DNA of 64,000 bases from Dehalococcoidia bacterium (GCA_965205105.1 OZ242034.1:1649613-1713612), one strand, 5' to 3'; shown: positions 17,905-27,940, numbered from the stretch's first letter. Numbers and translations: made by a program. The notes: generated by a model not told the origin, from the sequence alone.

Positions 17905-18829
17905 CCTCTCGCGTGACCGTGAAGAAATGCTGCGCCGCTGCGTCGGTTCGTTGGCATGGCTCATAGTTCACCCAAAGGGACTCCTGGCGGCTGGAACGGA
18001 CAGAGTGGCAAAGGCGCGGATCAGCGTCGATGCGATTCCAGTCGGCGAACAGTTCGTCATACAGGGTCGAGCGATAGCCGGAGATCGCAGCGCGGCCCTT
18101 GATCGTGTGCAGCAGATCAGCAAGCTGGCGATGATCGTCGTCAGTCATTTCTGCGCCGTACGCAGCGGTGTCACCGCGTACCTCGTGGACATAGGGAGGG
18201 TCGAGGTAGAAGAGGGTATCGGGCGTATCGTAACGCTCGATCACTTCGAGGGCCGGAGCATTTTCGATCTGGATGCGTTGCAACCGCTGGACGATTTCGG
18301 AAAGACCTTCGACTGAGCCGAGCCAGCGCGAAACGGCGCCGGCCATGCCCGCGCGGGACGTGAGCAGACAATGCGCCCAGCGGCCCTCGGAGGCAGACTG
18401 GGCCAGACCGGTTCGCGTCTGGCGCGCGCGAACGAAGAAGCGCCGGGCGCGTTCGAGCGGATCAACTCCTGAGACAGGCTCGCAGGCCAACACCAATTCT
18501 TCACGCGAGAATGGAGTCAGCCCAATCGCTTTCACTAGGTCCTCGCTGGTGTTCGGATCTCGCAGGACGCGAAAGAAGTTGACCAGCTCGGAATCGAGGT
18601 CATTGTACGTCTCGACGGGCGCAGGGGCGCGGTTGATGACGACGGCGGCCGATCCACCGAATACATCGCAAAAGTGACGCTCATCGGTCGGCAGATTGGG
18701 CAGAATGAAGTCGAGGTGGCTAAATTTCCCGCCGTACCACCCGAACGCGATCATTCGTCGTCGTCGGCGAGCCGCGTTCTTGACGATGCGGCGAGTGGGC
18801 ATCGGCAGCCTCCTCGATGATTCGGGCAA
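17897..18829 (-). CDS. DNA adenine methyltransferase, Dam/D12 class (alpha-type N6A)
   Basis: Motifs are FGWYGGKFSHL, DVFGGSAAVV (FxGxG) and FYLDPPY (motif IV). The start is uncertain: in-frame ATGs occur at 18829, 18802 and 18754. Confidence 0.85.
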   Translation of the reverse strand: MPESSRRLPMPTRRIVKNAARRRRRMIAFGWYGGKFSHLDFILPNLPTDERHFCDVFGGSAAVVINRAPAPVETYNDLDSELVNFFRVLRDPNTSEDLVKAIGLTPFSREELVLACEPVSGVDPLERARRFFVRARQTRTGLAQSASEGRWAHCLLTSRAGMAGAVSRWLGSVEGLSEIVQRLQRIQIENAPALEVIERYDTPDTLFYLDPPYVHEVRGDTAAYGAEMTDDDHRQLADLLHTIKGRAAISGYRSTLYDELFADWNRIDADPRLCHSVRSSRQESLWVNYEPCQRTDAAAQHFFTVTREDD

Positions 18830-18981
18830 ATGTTCGCATGATTGCCCTGATCAGGCAAGTGGATCGCGAGGCTGCGCGAAGAAGGCGCGCATTCGCGTGT
18901 GCCGGCGCGGACAGAATCTACCACCGGGCTGAGCACTGGGCACTGGAATGCGGAGAGCGCACTCGATACGATGCGGAACAT

Positions 18982-21900
18982 ATGAGCCAGACTGCGGCCC
19001 CCGTGCTCGACGCCTTTCAGCCCATCGTGCGAGACTGGTTCGCCGAGCGATTCGGCCAGCCCACGTTCGCGCAGGAAGAGGGCTGGCCGGCGATCCGCAC
19101 CGGCCAAGACTGCCTGATCGCCGCGCCGACCGGGTCCGGCAAGACGCTGACCGCGTTCCTGGCCGGCATCGACGAACTGATCGGCGAGGGCGCTGATGCA
19201 AACGGCGGCCCGCCCGATGCCGTGCGCATTCTCTATGTCTCGCCGCTGAAGGCGCTCTCCAACGACATCCGCCGCAACCTCGAGGAGCCGTTGAGCGAAA
19301 TCCGTCAACTCGCCGACCAGCGCGGCGTCGAGCTGCCGCGCATCCGCGTCGGTCTGCGCACCGGGGATACGACGCAGGCCGAGCGGCGAGCGATCGTCAA
19401 GCGTCCGCCGCAGATCCTGATCACCACGCCCGAGTCGCTCTATCTGATGCTGACCGCCCGCCAGTCGCGCGAGATCCTGCGCAGCGTTCGCACGGTGATC
19501 GTGGATGAAATCCACGCCGTCGTGCGCGACAAGCGGGGGTCGCATCTGGCGCTCACGCTGGCGCGGCTCGATCACGTCGCCGATCAGCGGCCGACCCGCA
19601 TCGGACTCTCGGCGACGCAGAAGCCGATGTCGGAGATCGCCGCGTTTCTGACCGGTCTCGATCCGCACGGCCAACCGCTGCCCTGCCGCGTCCTCGACCT
19701 GGGCCACCGACGCGAACTGAAGCTCTGGATCGAGACGACCGATGCGCCGCTGCAGGCGCTGGCCACGCACGATCACTGGGGCGCCGTCTACGACCGCCTG
19801 GCGGAGCTGATCCTGCAGCACCGCACGACGCTGATCTTCGTCAACCGACGCTCGCTGGCCGAGCGCGTCGCGCACGAGTTGGGCATCCGCGTCGGCAAGG
19901 AGCACGTTTCGGGGCATCACGGCTCGCTCTCCAAGGAGCGGCGGCACGTGATGGAGCAGCGGCTCAAGAACGGCGACCTGAAAGCGGTCGTGGCGACCGC
20001 GTCGCTCGAACTCGGCATCGATATCGGCTCGGTCGACCTCGTCTGTCAGGTCGGTTCGCCGCGGCGCATCGCGACCTTCCTGCAGCGCGTGGGCCGCTCG
20101 GGTCACGCGCTGGGGCTCGTCCCGCACGGCGCGCTCTTCCCGACCTCGCTGGACGAGCTGGTCGAGTGCGCGGCGATGGTGCGCGCGGTCGAGCGAGGCG
20201 ATCTGGATCGCATCCGCCAGCCCAAGGCCCCGATCGAGATTCTGGCGCAGCAGATCGTGGCCGAGACGGCGTCGGAGGAAGAATGGCGCGAAGACGAGCT
20301 GTACCGGCTGATGCGCCGCGCCGCGCCGTACGGCGGGCTGGAGCGATCGGCCTTCGACGACACGCTCGACATGTTGGCGAGCGGTATCGGCGAGAGCGGC
20401 GGACGCTCTCAACCGCTCGTCCACCGAGACCGCGTCAACGGCATCGTGCGTCCGCGCCGGGCGGCGCGCATGACCGCGATCCTCAACGGCGGCACGATTC
20501 CCGAGACGGGCGACTACCGCGTGATCAAGGAGCCCGAGGGCGCCTTCATCGGCACGGTCAATGAGGACTTCGCCATCGAGACCGCCGCCGGCGACATCTT
20601 CCTGCTGGGCAGCACCTCGTGGCGCATTCGCCGCGTCGAGAACAAGGGCGTCGTCCGCGTCGAGGACGCGCACGGGGCGCCGCCGACGATCCCGTTCTGG
20701 CTGGGCGAGGCGCCCGGCCGCAGCCTGGAACTCTCGGCCGCCGTGGGCGAACTGAGGCGCGACGTCGGGCGCATGGCCGACGATCTGGAAACGGCGGTGC
20801 AAACGCTGCAGCGCGAGTGCCGCATGCAGGCGATCGCCGCCGAACAGATCGTCGAGTATCTGTCCAATGCGCAGGATGCGCTGCAAGTGATGCCGTCCGA
20901 CACGGATGTCGTGTTCGAGCGCTTCTTCGACGAGGCGGGCGGGCAGCAGCTGGTCGTCCACGCGCCGTTCGGCTCGGGCGTCAACCGCGCCTGGGGGCTG
21001 GCGCTGCGCAAGCGATTCTGCGTGCGCTTCGACTTCGAGCTGCAGGCCGCGGCGAACGAGGAGGGCATCCTGCTCTCGCTCGGCCCCACGCAATCGTTCC
21101 CGCTCGAGGAAGCGTTCGACTACCTCAAGGCGAACAACGCCGAGCAGTCGCTGCGCCAGGCGGTGCTCTACGCGCCGTTCTGGAACACGCGCTGGCGCTG
21201 GGCGGCCACCCGCGCCCTGGCCGTCCCCCGGCGGCGGGGCGGCAAGGAGGTGCCGCCCTACCTGCAGCGGATGATCGCCGACGACCTGCTCGCTGCCGTC
21301 TTCCCGGCTCAGGTCGGCTGTCAGGAGAACCTGGCCGGCCCGCTCGAAGTGCCCGACCATCCGCTGATCGCGCAGACGGTGGACGACTGCCTGCACGAGG
21401 CGGTCGATACCGACGCGCTGATCAGCGTGCTGGAGCGCATCGAGCGCGGCGACATCCGATTGCACGCCCGCGACACCGTGACGCCCTCGGCGATGGCGCA
21501 GAGCATCATCAACATCAACCCGTTCGGCTTCCTCGACGACGCGCCCCTGGAGGAGCGCCGCGCCCGCGCGGTGATGACGCGGCGCACACTGCCCAACGAA
21601 CAGCGCGACCTGGGCAAGCTCGACGCGGGCGCGATCGAGCGGGTCCGGGATGAGGCCTTCCCGCCCGTCCGCGACATCGAGGAGCTGCACGAGCTGCTGC
21701 TGTCGGTCGTGGCCGCGCGGGAAGGGGCGCGGGAAACGGCGCTGCCCGCCGCGCCGTCGATGCTGGCGGAGCTGCGCGCCTCCGGTCGAGCCGCGCGCGC
21801 CGATGGTCCCGACGGCGGCGTCTGGTTCGCCGCCGAACATCTCGAATCGATCCGCCAGCTGTTCCCTGATCACGCGGTCGATCCGACGTTCACCGTCCCC

Positions 21901-23289
21901 GAATCGGCGTTGATCCTGCCCGACGACCGAGAGGACGCCCGGCTCAAGCTGGTGCGCGGTCACCTGGAAATCAGCGGCCCGCTGACCGCGCGGCAGTTGT
22001 CGGAGCGTTGCGGGCTGACCGAAGCCGACTGCGGCCGCGGCCTGGCACAGCTCGAGGCCTACGGCGAGCTGATGCGCGGACACTTCACGCCCACGCTGAC
22101 GCCGGACGACGACGAGGAGTACTGCGACCGCCGGCTGTTGGCGCGGATTCACCGCTACACGATCGCGCGGCTGCGCGCCGAGATCGAGCCGGTCACCGTC
22201 CAGCACTACCTCCGCTTCTTGCTGCGCTGGCAGCACCTGACGCCGGACACGCGGCTGGCGGGCAAGGCGGGCGTGCGCGCCGTGATCGAGCAGTTGCAGG
22301 GATTCGAAGCGCCGGCCGCCGCCTGGGAACGCGACCTGATCGCGCCGCGCGTGTCGGACTACCGCGAGGCGTGGCTGGACGAGCTCTGTCTGGCGGGCGA
22401 GATCGCCTGGTCGCGGCTGACGACCCGCTCGGCTCGGCGCGCGCCAACCAAAACGACGCCGATCACGCTCGCGCTGCGGCGCGACTTCCGCTCGCTGCTC
22501 GCCGCCGTGCGGCGTCCCGCGCCGACGCCGGCCGCTCGCGGACGCGCCGCGGCTGAACCGCCGCCCGATGTCGCCGCGCAGCTCCACGCCGAGGGCGGAG
22601 CGGCGAGCCAAATTCTGCGCCAGCTCGACGAACGCGGGGCGCTGTTCTTCGACGAGCTGGTCGACGCCACGCGCCGTCTCGCCACCGATGTCGAGGGCGG
22701 CCTGCGCGAACTCGTCGCCTCGGGGCTCGCCCACGCCGACGGCTTCCAGGGGCTGCGCCAACTGATTCGCTCCAGCCGCCGGCCGCGCCGCCCGCGCTAC
22801 GGAGGCGGCGGCGTCTTCATCGGCGAAGGTCCGGCCGGCCGCTGGGCGGCGTTGCCGCACGCGATGGCCGCGCCATCCGACCCCGAGCAGGCGGACGAAC
22901 TCGCCGAACGGATCGGCCGCATCCTCCTGCATCGCTACGGCGTCATCTCCCGGGAGCTCGCCACTCGCGAGAGCCTGACCATCCAGTGGCGCGACATTCT
23001 CCGCGCGCTGCGCCGCCTCGAGGCGCGCGGCGAGATTCGCGGCGGACGCTTCATCCAGGGGTTGATCGGCGAACAGTTCGCGCTGCCCGAGGCGATTGAC
23101 CGCCTCAGAGCCGTCCGGCGCAGCGCCGCGAACGGCGAGCGAATCACCATCGCCGCCAGCGATCCGTGCAACCTGATCGGCGTCCTGCTGCCGGGCCAAA
23201 AGGTCGCCGCGCGGCTCGGCTCGACGCTCACCCTGATCGACGGGGCGCCCGAGCAGGAAATGCCCGCAGGTATGGCGGCAGCGGACTAG
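18982..23289 (+). CDS. lhr: Lhr-family large ATP-dependent DEAH-box helicase
   Basis: ATG at 18982 gives 1435 aa. Motifs are LIAAPTGSGKT, VIVDEIH and SLELGID, and the long C-terminal extension is typical of Lhr. Confidence 0.9.
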   Translation: MSQTAAPVLDAFQPIVRDWFAERFGQPTFAQEEGWPAIRTGQDCLIAAPTGSGKTLTAFLAGIDELIGEGADANGGPPDAVRILYVSPLKALSNDIRRNLEEPLSEIRQLADQRGVELPRIRVGLRTGDTTQAERRAIVKRPPQILITTPESLYLMLTARQSREILRSVRTVIVDEIHAVVRDKRGSHLALTLARLDHVADQRPTRIGLSATQKPMSEIAAFLTGLDPHGQPLPCRVLDLGHRRELKLWIETTDAPLQALATHDHWGAVYDRLAELILQHRTTLIFVNRRSLAERVAHELGIRVGKEHVSGHHGSLSKERRHVMEQRLKNGDLKAVVATASLELGIDIGSVDLVCQVGSPRRIATFLQRVGRSGHALGLVPHGALFPTSLDELVECAAMVRAVERGDLDRIRQPKAPIEILAQQIVAETASEEEWREDELYRLMRRAAPYGGLERSAFDDTLDMLASGIGESGGRSQPLVHRDRVNGIVRPRRAARMTAILNGGTIPETGDYRVIKEPEGAFIGTVNEDFAIETAAGDIFLLGSTSWRIRRVENKGVVRVEDAHGAPPTIPFWLGEAPGRSLELSAAVGELRRDVGRMADDLETAVQTLQRECRMQAIAAEQIVEYLSNAQDALQVMPSDTDVVFERFFDEAGGQQLVVHAPFGSGVNRAWGLALRKRFCVRFDFELQAAANEEGILLSLGPTQSFPLEEAFDYLKANNAEQSLRQAVLYAPFWNTRWRWAATRALAVPRRRGGKEVPPYLQRMIADDLLAAVFPAQVGCQENLAGPLEVPDHPLIAQTVDDCLHEAVDTDALISVLERIERGDIRLHARDTVTPSAMAQSIININPFGFLDDAPLEERRARAVMTRRTLPNEQRDLGKLDAGAIERVRDEAFPPVRDIEELHELLLSVVAAREGARETALPAAPSMLAELRASGRAARADGPDGGVWFAAEHLESIRQLFPDHAVDPTFTVPESALILPDDREDARLKLVRGHLEISGPLTARQLSERCGLTEADCGRGLAQLEAYGELMRGHFTPTLTPDDDEEYCDRRLLARIHRYTIARLRAEIEPVTVQHYLRFLLRWQHLTPDTRLAGKAGVRAVIEQLQGFEAPAAAWERDLIAPRVSDYREAWLDELCLAGEIAWSRLTTRSARRAPTKTTPITLALRRDFRSLLAAVRRPAPTPAARGRAAAEPPPDVAAQLHAEGGAASQILRQLDERGALFFDELVDATRRLATDVEGGLRELVASGLAHADGFQGLRQLIRSSRRPRRPRYGGGGVFIGEGPAGRWAALPHAMAAPSDPEQADELAERIGRILLHRYGVISRELATRESLTIQWRDILRALRRLEARGEIRGGRFIQGLIGEQFALPEAIDRLRAVRRSAANGERITIAASDPCNLIGVLLPGQKVAARLGSTLTLIDGAPEQEMPAGMAAAD

Positions 23290-23302
23290 GCGGGGGCCGC
23301 CG

Positions 23303-25591
23303 CTACGACGAAGCCGGCTCCGGCGGGCGCAGATGATCCACCACAAGAGACAGCTCAGCGCGCGACAGGCGGTAACCCAGACGCTCGTGCAGGTCGGAGA
23401 TGCTGGCGTCGGGCGTCTCGCTGAGCAACCGCCCCACCAGTCGCACCACCTCATCGGGCGGAAGCGAACGCCGCAGATCGATCTCCAGCCCCTGCCTGAT
23501 TGCGGTCTTGAGATGAGACGCGATGGTGCCCGGCGACAGCATCCGCCGCTCGGCGATGGCGAGCACCGTATGGCCGTCCCGATAGAGGTCGACGCTGATC
23601 CGCCAGCTGGGAGCATCGTCGCCGGAAGCGGCCGGCGTCACGGTTTCGACCACAGGCGCCGGAGCAGGGCGGACGCCCAGCAGCTCCAGCAGCTGATCCG
23701 CGTGCCGCTCGATGACGGCGCCGCCCACGCCCTCGACCCGGCCGAGCGCGTCCGCCGTGGACGGCGGAGTCTGGGCGATCTGGCGCATCGCAGGCAAGCT
23801 CAGCAATGCGGACGGATCGCACGCCGCCTCGGCGCTGGCGGCGGTGCGCCACTCGGCCAGGGCGTTGAACCGCTGCTGCCAGGACTCCGGCGGCGGTGAA
23901 TCGGCCTCGTCCGTCGTCAGGCTCGTCATCATGTCCATCGTCATGCTCGTCACCCCCTCCGTCGGCATCGATTCCGCAGCGGCATCCAACTCCATCTGCA
24001 TCGATGGCTGCTCCTTCTGCTGCCGCTCGTCCGACGGTTGCGACTGTGCGCGCCCGACATGCTCGGCGATCACGGCGAGCAGCGCCTCTCCGTAATTCTC
24101 GACCCGCTTGGGGCCGAATCCTTTCACAGCGAGCAGCTGAGCCAGCGTGGCGGGACGCGATCGGGCCAACTCGTCCAGGTCCTTGTTGCTGGCGATCACG
24201 TAATCCGGCAGCACCTCGGTCTTGGCCATCTGCCGCCGCCACTGACGCAGCGCTTCGTACAGCTCCGACTCTTCGGCGCTCAACGACGACGACCCCGCGC
24301 TGCCCGGCGGGGGCGGCGGATTTTCCGGATCCACCCGCCGCCGCGGCTCAGCGGCGGACACTTCCACCGCGTCCAACTCCGCCGCCGAATCGCCGAGGCA
24401 GTTGTCGCAATGACCGCAGGCCTCGGATTGATCCTGATCGCCGAAATAGCTGAGGACGCGCTGCCAGCGGCAACGCGACTGCTCGCAGAAGTTCATCATC
24501 GTCCGCAGCCGGTCGAGGCGCCGCTGCCGCTCGACTTCGTCCTGCAGCTGGTTGATGAAGAACGTCTGCTGATGCCAGACGCCCTTGGTGTAAAACATCA
24601 GGCACTCCGACGCCTCGCCATCGCGGCCGGCGCGCCCGATCTCCTGGTAGTAGGACTCGATGCTGGGCGGCATGTCGAGATGGGCGACCAGCCGGATGTC
24701 GGGCTTGTCGATCCCCATCCCGAATGCGATCGTGGCGCAGATCACCGGCGTCGCGCCGCTGAGGAAGCGATCCTGCACCGCGTGCCGCTCGCCGCCGGCC
24801 ATTCCGGCGTGATAGTGCTCGGCCGCAATCCCATGCTGGCGCAGTTGCTGGGCGAACAACTCGGTCGTCTTGCGCGTCTGACTGTAGACGATCGCCGACT
24901 GGCCCGGCATCTGCGACAGCCGCGCGATCAGACGCTCCTTGGCCTTGCGCTTGGGGACGATGCGCAGCGTCAGATTGCCGCGCATGAAGTTGGTCACGAA
25001 GGTACGCATGCGCGGACGGTCGAGCTGTTCCACGATGTCGCGCTGCACCTGCGGCGTGGCGGTCGCCGTGCAGGCGACCGTCGGCACATCGACGAAGCGC
25101 TCCGTCAGCCGCCGCAGCACCCGGTAGTCGGGCCGAAACTCGTGACCCCACTCCGAGATGCAGTGCGCCTCGTCAATCGCGATCAGCGATGGGGCGCGGC
25201 GTTCGAGCAGTTCGCGAAACCGTTCGGTGTTGACCCGCTCGGGCGCGACGTAGAGCATCCTGACCGCGCCATCGACGATCGAACGCTCGACATCCGCCGT
25301 CTCCATCGGCGAGAGCGCGCTGTTGAGCACGCGCGCCTCGGCGCCGATCCGCCGGAGCGCCTGGACCTGGTCGTGCATCAACGCGATCAGCGGCGAGACG
25401 ACGACGGTCAGACCGTCGGAGAGCATCGCCGGCAACTGGTAACAGAGCGATTTGCCGCCGCCGGTTGGCATCAGAACCAGAGCGTCGCCGCCCGAGAGCA
25501 CGTGCTCAACCGCTTCGCGTTGCTGCGGCCGAAAGCGCTCGTATCCGTATCGTTCCTTGAGCGCGCCGAGCAGGCGATCCGTCTCAATCAC
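23303..25591 (-). CDS. recQ: ATP-dependent DNA helicase RecQ with C-terminal HRDC and extra HTH-like domain
   Basis: 762 aa. Motifs are MPTGGGKSLCYQ and DEAHCISEWGHEFRPDY. The zinc module is CRWQRVLSYFGD...CGHCDNC, and the HRDC-like segment is LRQWRRQMAKTEVLPDYVIASNKDLDELA. Confidence 0.9.
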   Translation of the reverse strand: MIETDRLLGALKERYGYERFRPQQREAVEHVLSGGDALVLMPTGGGKSLCYQLPAMLSDGLTVVVSPLIALMHDQVQALRRIGAEARVLNSALSPMETADVERSIVDGAVRMLYVAPERVNTERFRELLERRAPSLIAIDEAHCISEWGHEFRPDYRVLRRLTERFVDVPTVACTATATPQVQRDIVEQLDRPRMRTFVTNFMRGNLTLRIVPKRKAKERLIARLSQMPGQSAIVYSQTRKTTELFAQQLRQHGIAAEHYHAGMAGGERHAVQDRFLSGATPVICATIAFGMGIDKPDIRLVAHLDMPPSIESYYQEIGRAGRDGEASECLMFYTKGVWHQQTFFINQLQDEVERQRRLDRLRTMMNFCEQSRCRWQRVLSYFGDQDQSEACGHCDNCLGDSAAELDAVEVSAAEPRRRVDPENPPPPPGSAGSSSLSAEESELYEALRQWRRQMAKTEVLPDYVIASNKDLDELARSRPATLAQLLAVKGFGPKRVENYGEALLAVIAEHVGRAQSQPSDERQQKEQPSMQMELDAAAESMPTEGVTSMTMDMMTSLTTDEADSPPPESWQQRFNALAEWRTAASAEAACDPSALLSLPAMRQIAQTPPSTADALGRVEGVGGAVIERHADQLLELLGVRPAPAPVVETVTPAASGDDAPSWRISVDLYRDGHTVLAIAERRMLSPGTIASHLKTAIRQGLEIDLRRSLPPDEVVRLVGRLLSETPDASISDLHERLGYRLSRAELSLVVDHLRPPEPASS

Positions 25592-25802
25592 GACAGGCCG
25601 CCGCCCCGTTCACCGATCCATCGCTGCGAGCCGCAGTCAAAGCCTAGCGCCGACCGCGCGGCACTGACCAGCGCGGCCGCGCGCTGATCCACACCATCCA
25701 CCGCCGCCTGTGGAAGCCGCCCCGGTCATCCGAACGCGCGGGCACCCCGATCGAGCGGCCGCTCGCCGGGGCATCCGCGCGTCATACCCGGCCGGGCCAG
25801 AT

Positions 25803-25826
25803 CCGGTCGGCGCGTTTGCCGACCGG
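25803..25826 (-). terminator. hairpin downstream of the FN3 gene
   Basis: ccggtcgg-cgcgtttg-ccgaccgg is an 8-bp stem. Confidence 0.35.
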
Positions 25827-25842
25827 CCGGCCCTCCATGCGC

Positions 25843-26667
25843 CTACTGCGTCCAGGTGAACTTCCGATATCTGGACCACAGGCCGCAGTCGGACGAATAG
25901 GTCGCCACCTCTACCCGGTACTTGGTCCCGGCGGTCAGGCCGGTCAATGCCACCTCCCTGACCTGATTAGCAGTCTTGGTGCCCGCCGCCACGTTGGTAT
26001 TCCCGTCGATCCCCGTGTAACTCCCCACCGTCTCGCCGGTGGCCACATTGAATACGCGGTATGCGTGCACTTGATACGTGTCGTTTACCGAGCAACGCTT
26101 GCTCCCGCCGTTCGTCCTCGACCCCTTGAAGCTCAAGGTCGTTTGAGTAACGCTCTGACCGGCCTTCTTGGCGACGCTCACCTCTCTCGGTCGAAACGGC
26201 CACTTCTTCACGTTGCTCGCCGGCTCGCTGGGATCACTGCCGAAGCTGGTCGTGTTGGTCGTAAAGTTCACATACTCGGAACTGGGAGAGTACGTACCGC
26301 AGCCGCCATCGGTATCGATGGCGTACACGTGGGCTCGGTACGCTTTGCCGGGAGTCAGGCCATCCAGATACCACTGGTACCTCGCCGCGTTGGTCTTGGA
26401 GATCATGGCGGAAGAGGCGACGTTGTGCGTCTCCGGGTCGGTTGCGTAGCGGTCGTACACGTACACGGTAAAGGCGCGAACGGTACAGCCGCTCACGGGG
26501 GCGCCTGCCTGCCAGGAGATGAGCGCTTCCGTGTCGCCATGCGTTGCCGACACATTCGTCGGCGCCGGCAGAGCGGGGTTCTGGGCGCGCACGGTCTGGG
26601 GGATCAGCACCGCCGCGAACAGCAGCGGCGCCAGTGACGCGGCGAGAACGCTGAGGCGGCGGATCAT
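25843..26667 (-). CDS. secreted protein with two fibronectin type III-like domains
   Basis: ATG at 26667 gives the signal peptide MIRRLSVLAASLAPLLFAAVLIPQTVRAQ. There are two FN3-like units (PTNVSATHGDTEALISWQ...YRAHVYAID and ...LTAGTKYRVEVATYS). GC is lower than in the flanks. Confidence 0.7.
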   Translation of the reverse strand: MIRRLSVLAASLAPLLFAAVLIPQTVRAQNPALPAPTNVSATHGDTEALISWQAGAPVSGCTVRAFTVYVYDRYATDPETHNVASSAMISKTNAARYQWYLDGLTPGKAYRAHVYAIDTDGGCGTYSPSSEYVNFTTNTTSFGSDPSEPASNVKKWPFRPREVSVAKKAGQSVTQTTLSFKGSRTNGGSKRCSVNDTYQVHAYRVFNVATGETVGSYTGIDGNTNVAAGTKTANQVREVALTGLTAGTKYRVEVATYSSDCGLWSRYRKFTWTQ

Positions 26668-26691
26668 GCGCCGGCCCTCGCTCGGCTCAGA

Positions 26692-26710
26692 TTTTTTTGG
26701 GGGGGGGGGG
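26692..26710 (-). repeat. homopolymer tract C12A7 (minus strand) 24 nt upstream of the FN3 start codon
   Basis: The plus strand reads T7 (26692..26698) followed by G12 (26699..26710), counted by hand. Confidence 0.9.
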
Positions 26711-26899
26711 TAGACCGTTTCGGATCGGGACGGCGAACGCGACATGATTCCTCCTCTGCTTCGCGGCGCTGCGGATCGCTCGTCGCCCAGAGCGGACGAC
26801 AACGACCGAGCCTAACACAGGAATCTACCGCCTGCGACAGGATGAATCGGCGCGGCGGCATACCGCCGCGCATAACGGATTATATGGAGGGCGGCCCGA

Positions 26900-27643
26900 T
26901 CAGCCGCCCGCCGAGGACGCTTCGCCGTCGCCCCCGGCCAAGTAGGCGCGGGCGCGCCGGATCCACTCGGGACGGCCGACCTCACCAGCTTGCGCGCCGG
27001 TCTGCCGGCCCCAGGTCGGGCCGTCCGCCCAGAATCCTTCGGGGATCATGAAGCCGCGCATCATCAACAGCGGCGGGTCGCCCACCTCGTCGATCCGCCG
27101 GCCGATCTGCAGCAGCGCCCGACCCAGAGCGGTCTCGTTGAAGATCCAGGCGTGCATGTCACGCTGCAAGGGCGCGGCGCTGCCCGGCCGCGAGGTCACC
27201 GCCTCCTGATAGTAGGCGCGCAAATCCTCGACCACATAACGCAGCAGGATCGGCATCGGATGGATCCAGTCCGGCCCCGCCGCGGCAGCAGGTACCGATG
27301 CGAACCCGGCCCCCTCGGCACAGGCGGCGACGAACGCAACGACGGACTCGATCTGCTCGGGCGTCGCGCCGCTCATCCCGACCGTGCTGCGCCCGCGACG
27401 GCGACGCGCCTCCTCGTACCAGGGCGTGAGCAGATCGACCTCCGCGAGCAGGGCCGCTTCCAGATCGCCGCGGTCAGGCTGCGGCAGTGAGATCGAGCAG
27501 GCCCAGACGCCGTCGCCATCGGGCGCCTCGCGCGGATAATCCACGATCGTGGGTTCGCTCGCCGTCCCGAACAGCCGCAGCGCGCCGCGCAGAACATCCA
27601 GCTGGAATGCCGGGTCGTCGGCAACGCCGAGCGGTTGCGCCAA
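26900..27643 (-). CDS. hypothetical protein
   Basis: 247 aa with a TTG start. Composition is coding-like and non-repetitive (PMPILLRYVVEDLRAYYQEA, MMRGFMIPEGFWADGPTWG). I recognise no family. Confidence 0.5.
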   Translation of the reverse strand: MAQPLGVADDPAFQLDVLRGALRLFGTASEPTIVDYPREAPDGDGVWACSISLPQPDRGDLEAALLAEVDLLTPWYEEARRRRGRSTVGMSGATPEQIESVVAFVAACAEGAGFASVPAAAAGPDWIHPMPILLRYVVEDLRAYYQEAVTSRPGSAAPLQRDMHAWIFNETALGRALLQIGRRIDEVGDPPLLMMRGFMIPEGFWADGPTWGRQTGAQAGEVGRPEWIRRARAYLAGGDGEASSAGG

Positions 27644-27940
27644 GAACAGGTTACCCTACCCTACACATGCTGCGACTGCACCGACGAAAGGCGAACAATG
27701 GCCCACACGGACAAACCTCGCGCCTACCGCCGGCTACCTGTGCTGCCTCGACAGCCTCTCACTCAACCGGCGAGCACGTGCGTGAGCAGGTCCACATGGA
27801 ACCACATCGCGCTGCTCTGGGCGCTGATCCCGCCCGGGCGCTGGGGCTACGCAACACCCATCTCCTAGCATTGCCGCACAGATGCAAAGCGCTGCTCAAG
27901 AGCTGATCGGCAAGCACTGGCTCGACGAGAGGTTAGTCGC

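Noticed and set aside
18751-23616. 1621-aa ORF on the minus strand spanning the whole lhr region
   Set aside because: It is antisense to a motif-rich Lhr helicase gene. Its translation is Arg/Ala/Gly/Pro-rich with no recognisable motifs. This is the typical shadow ORF of a very GC-rich genome.
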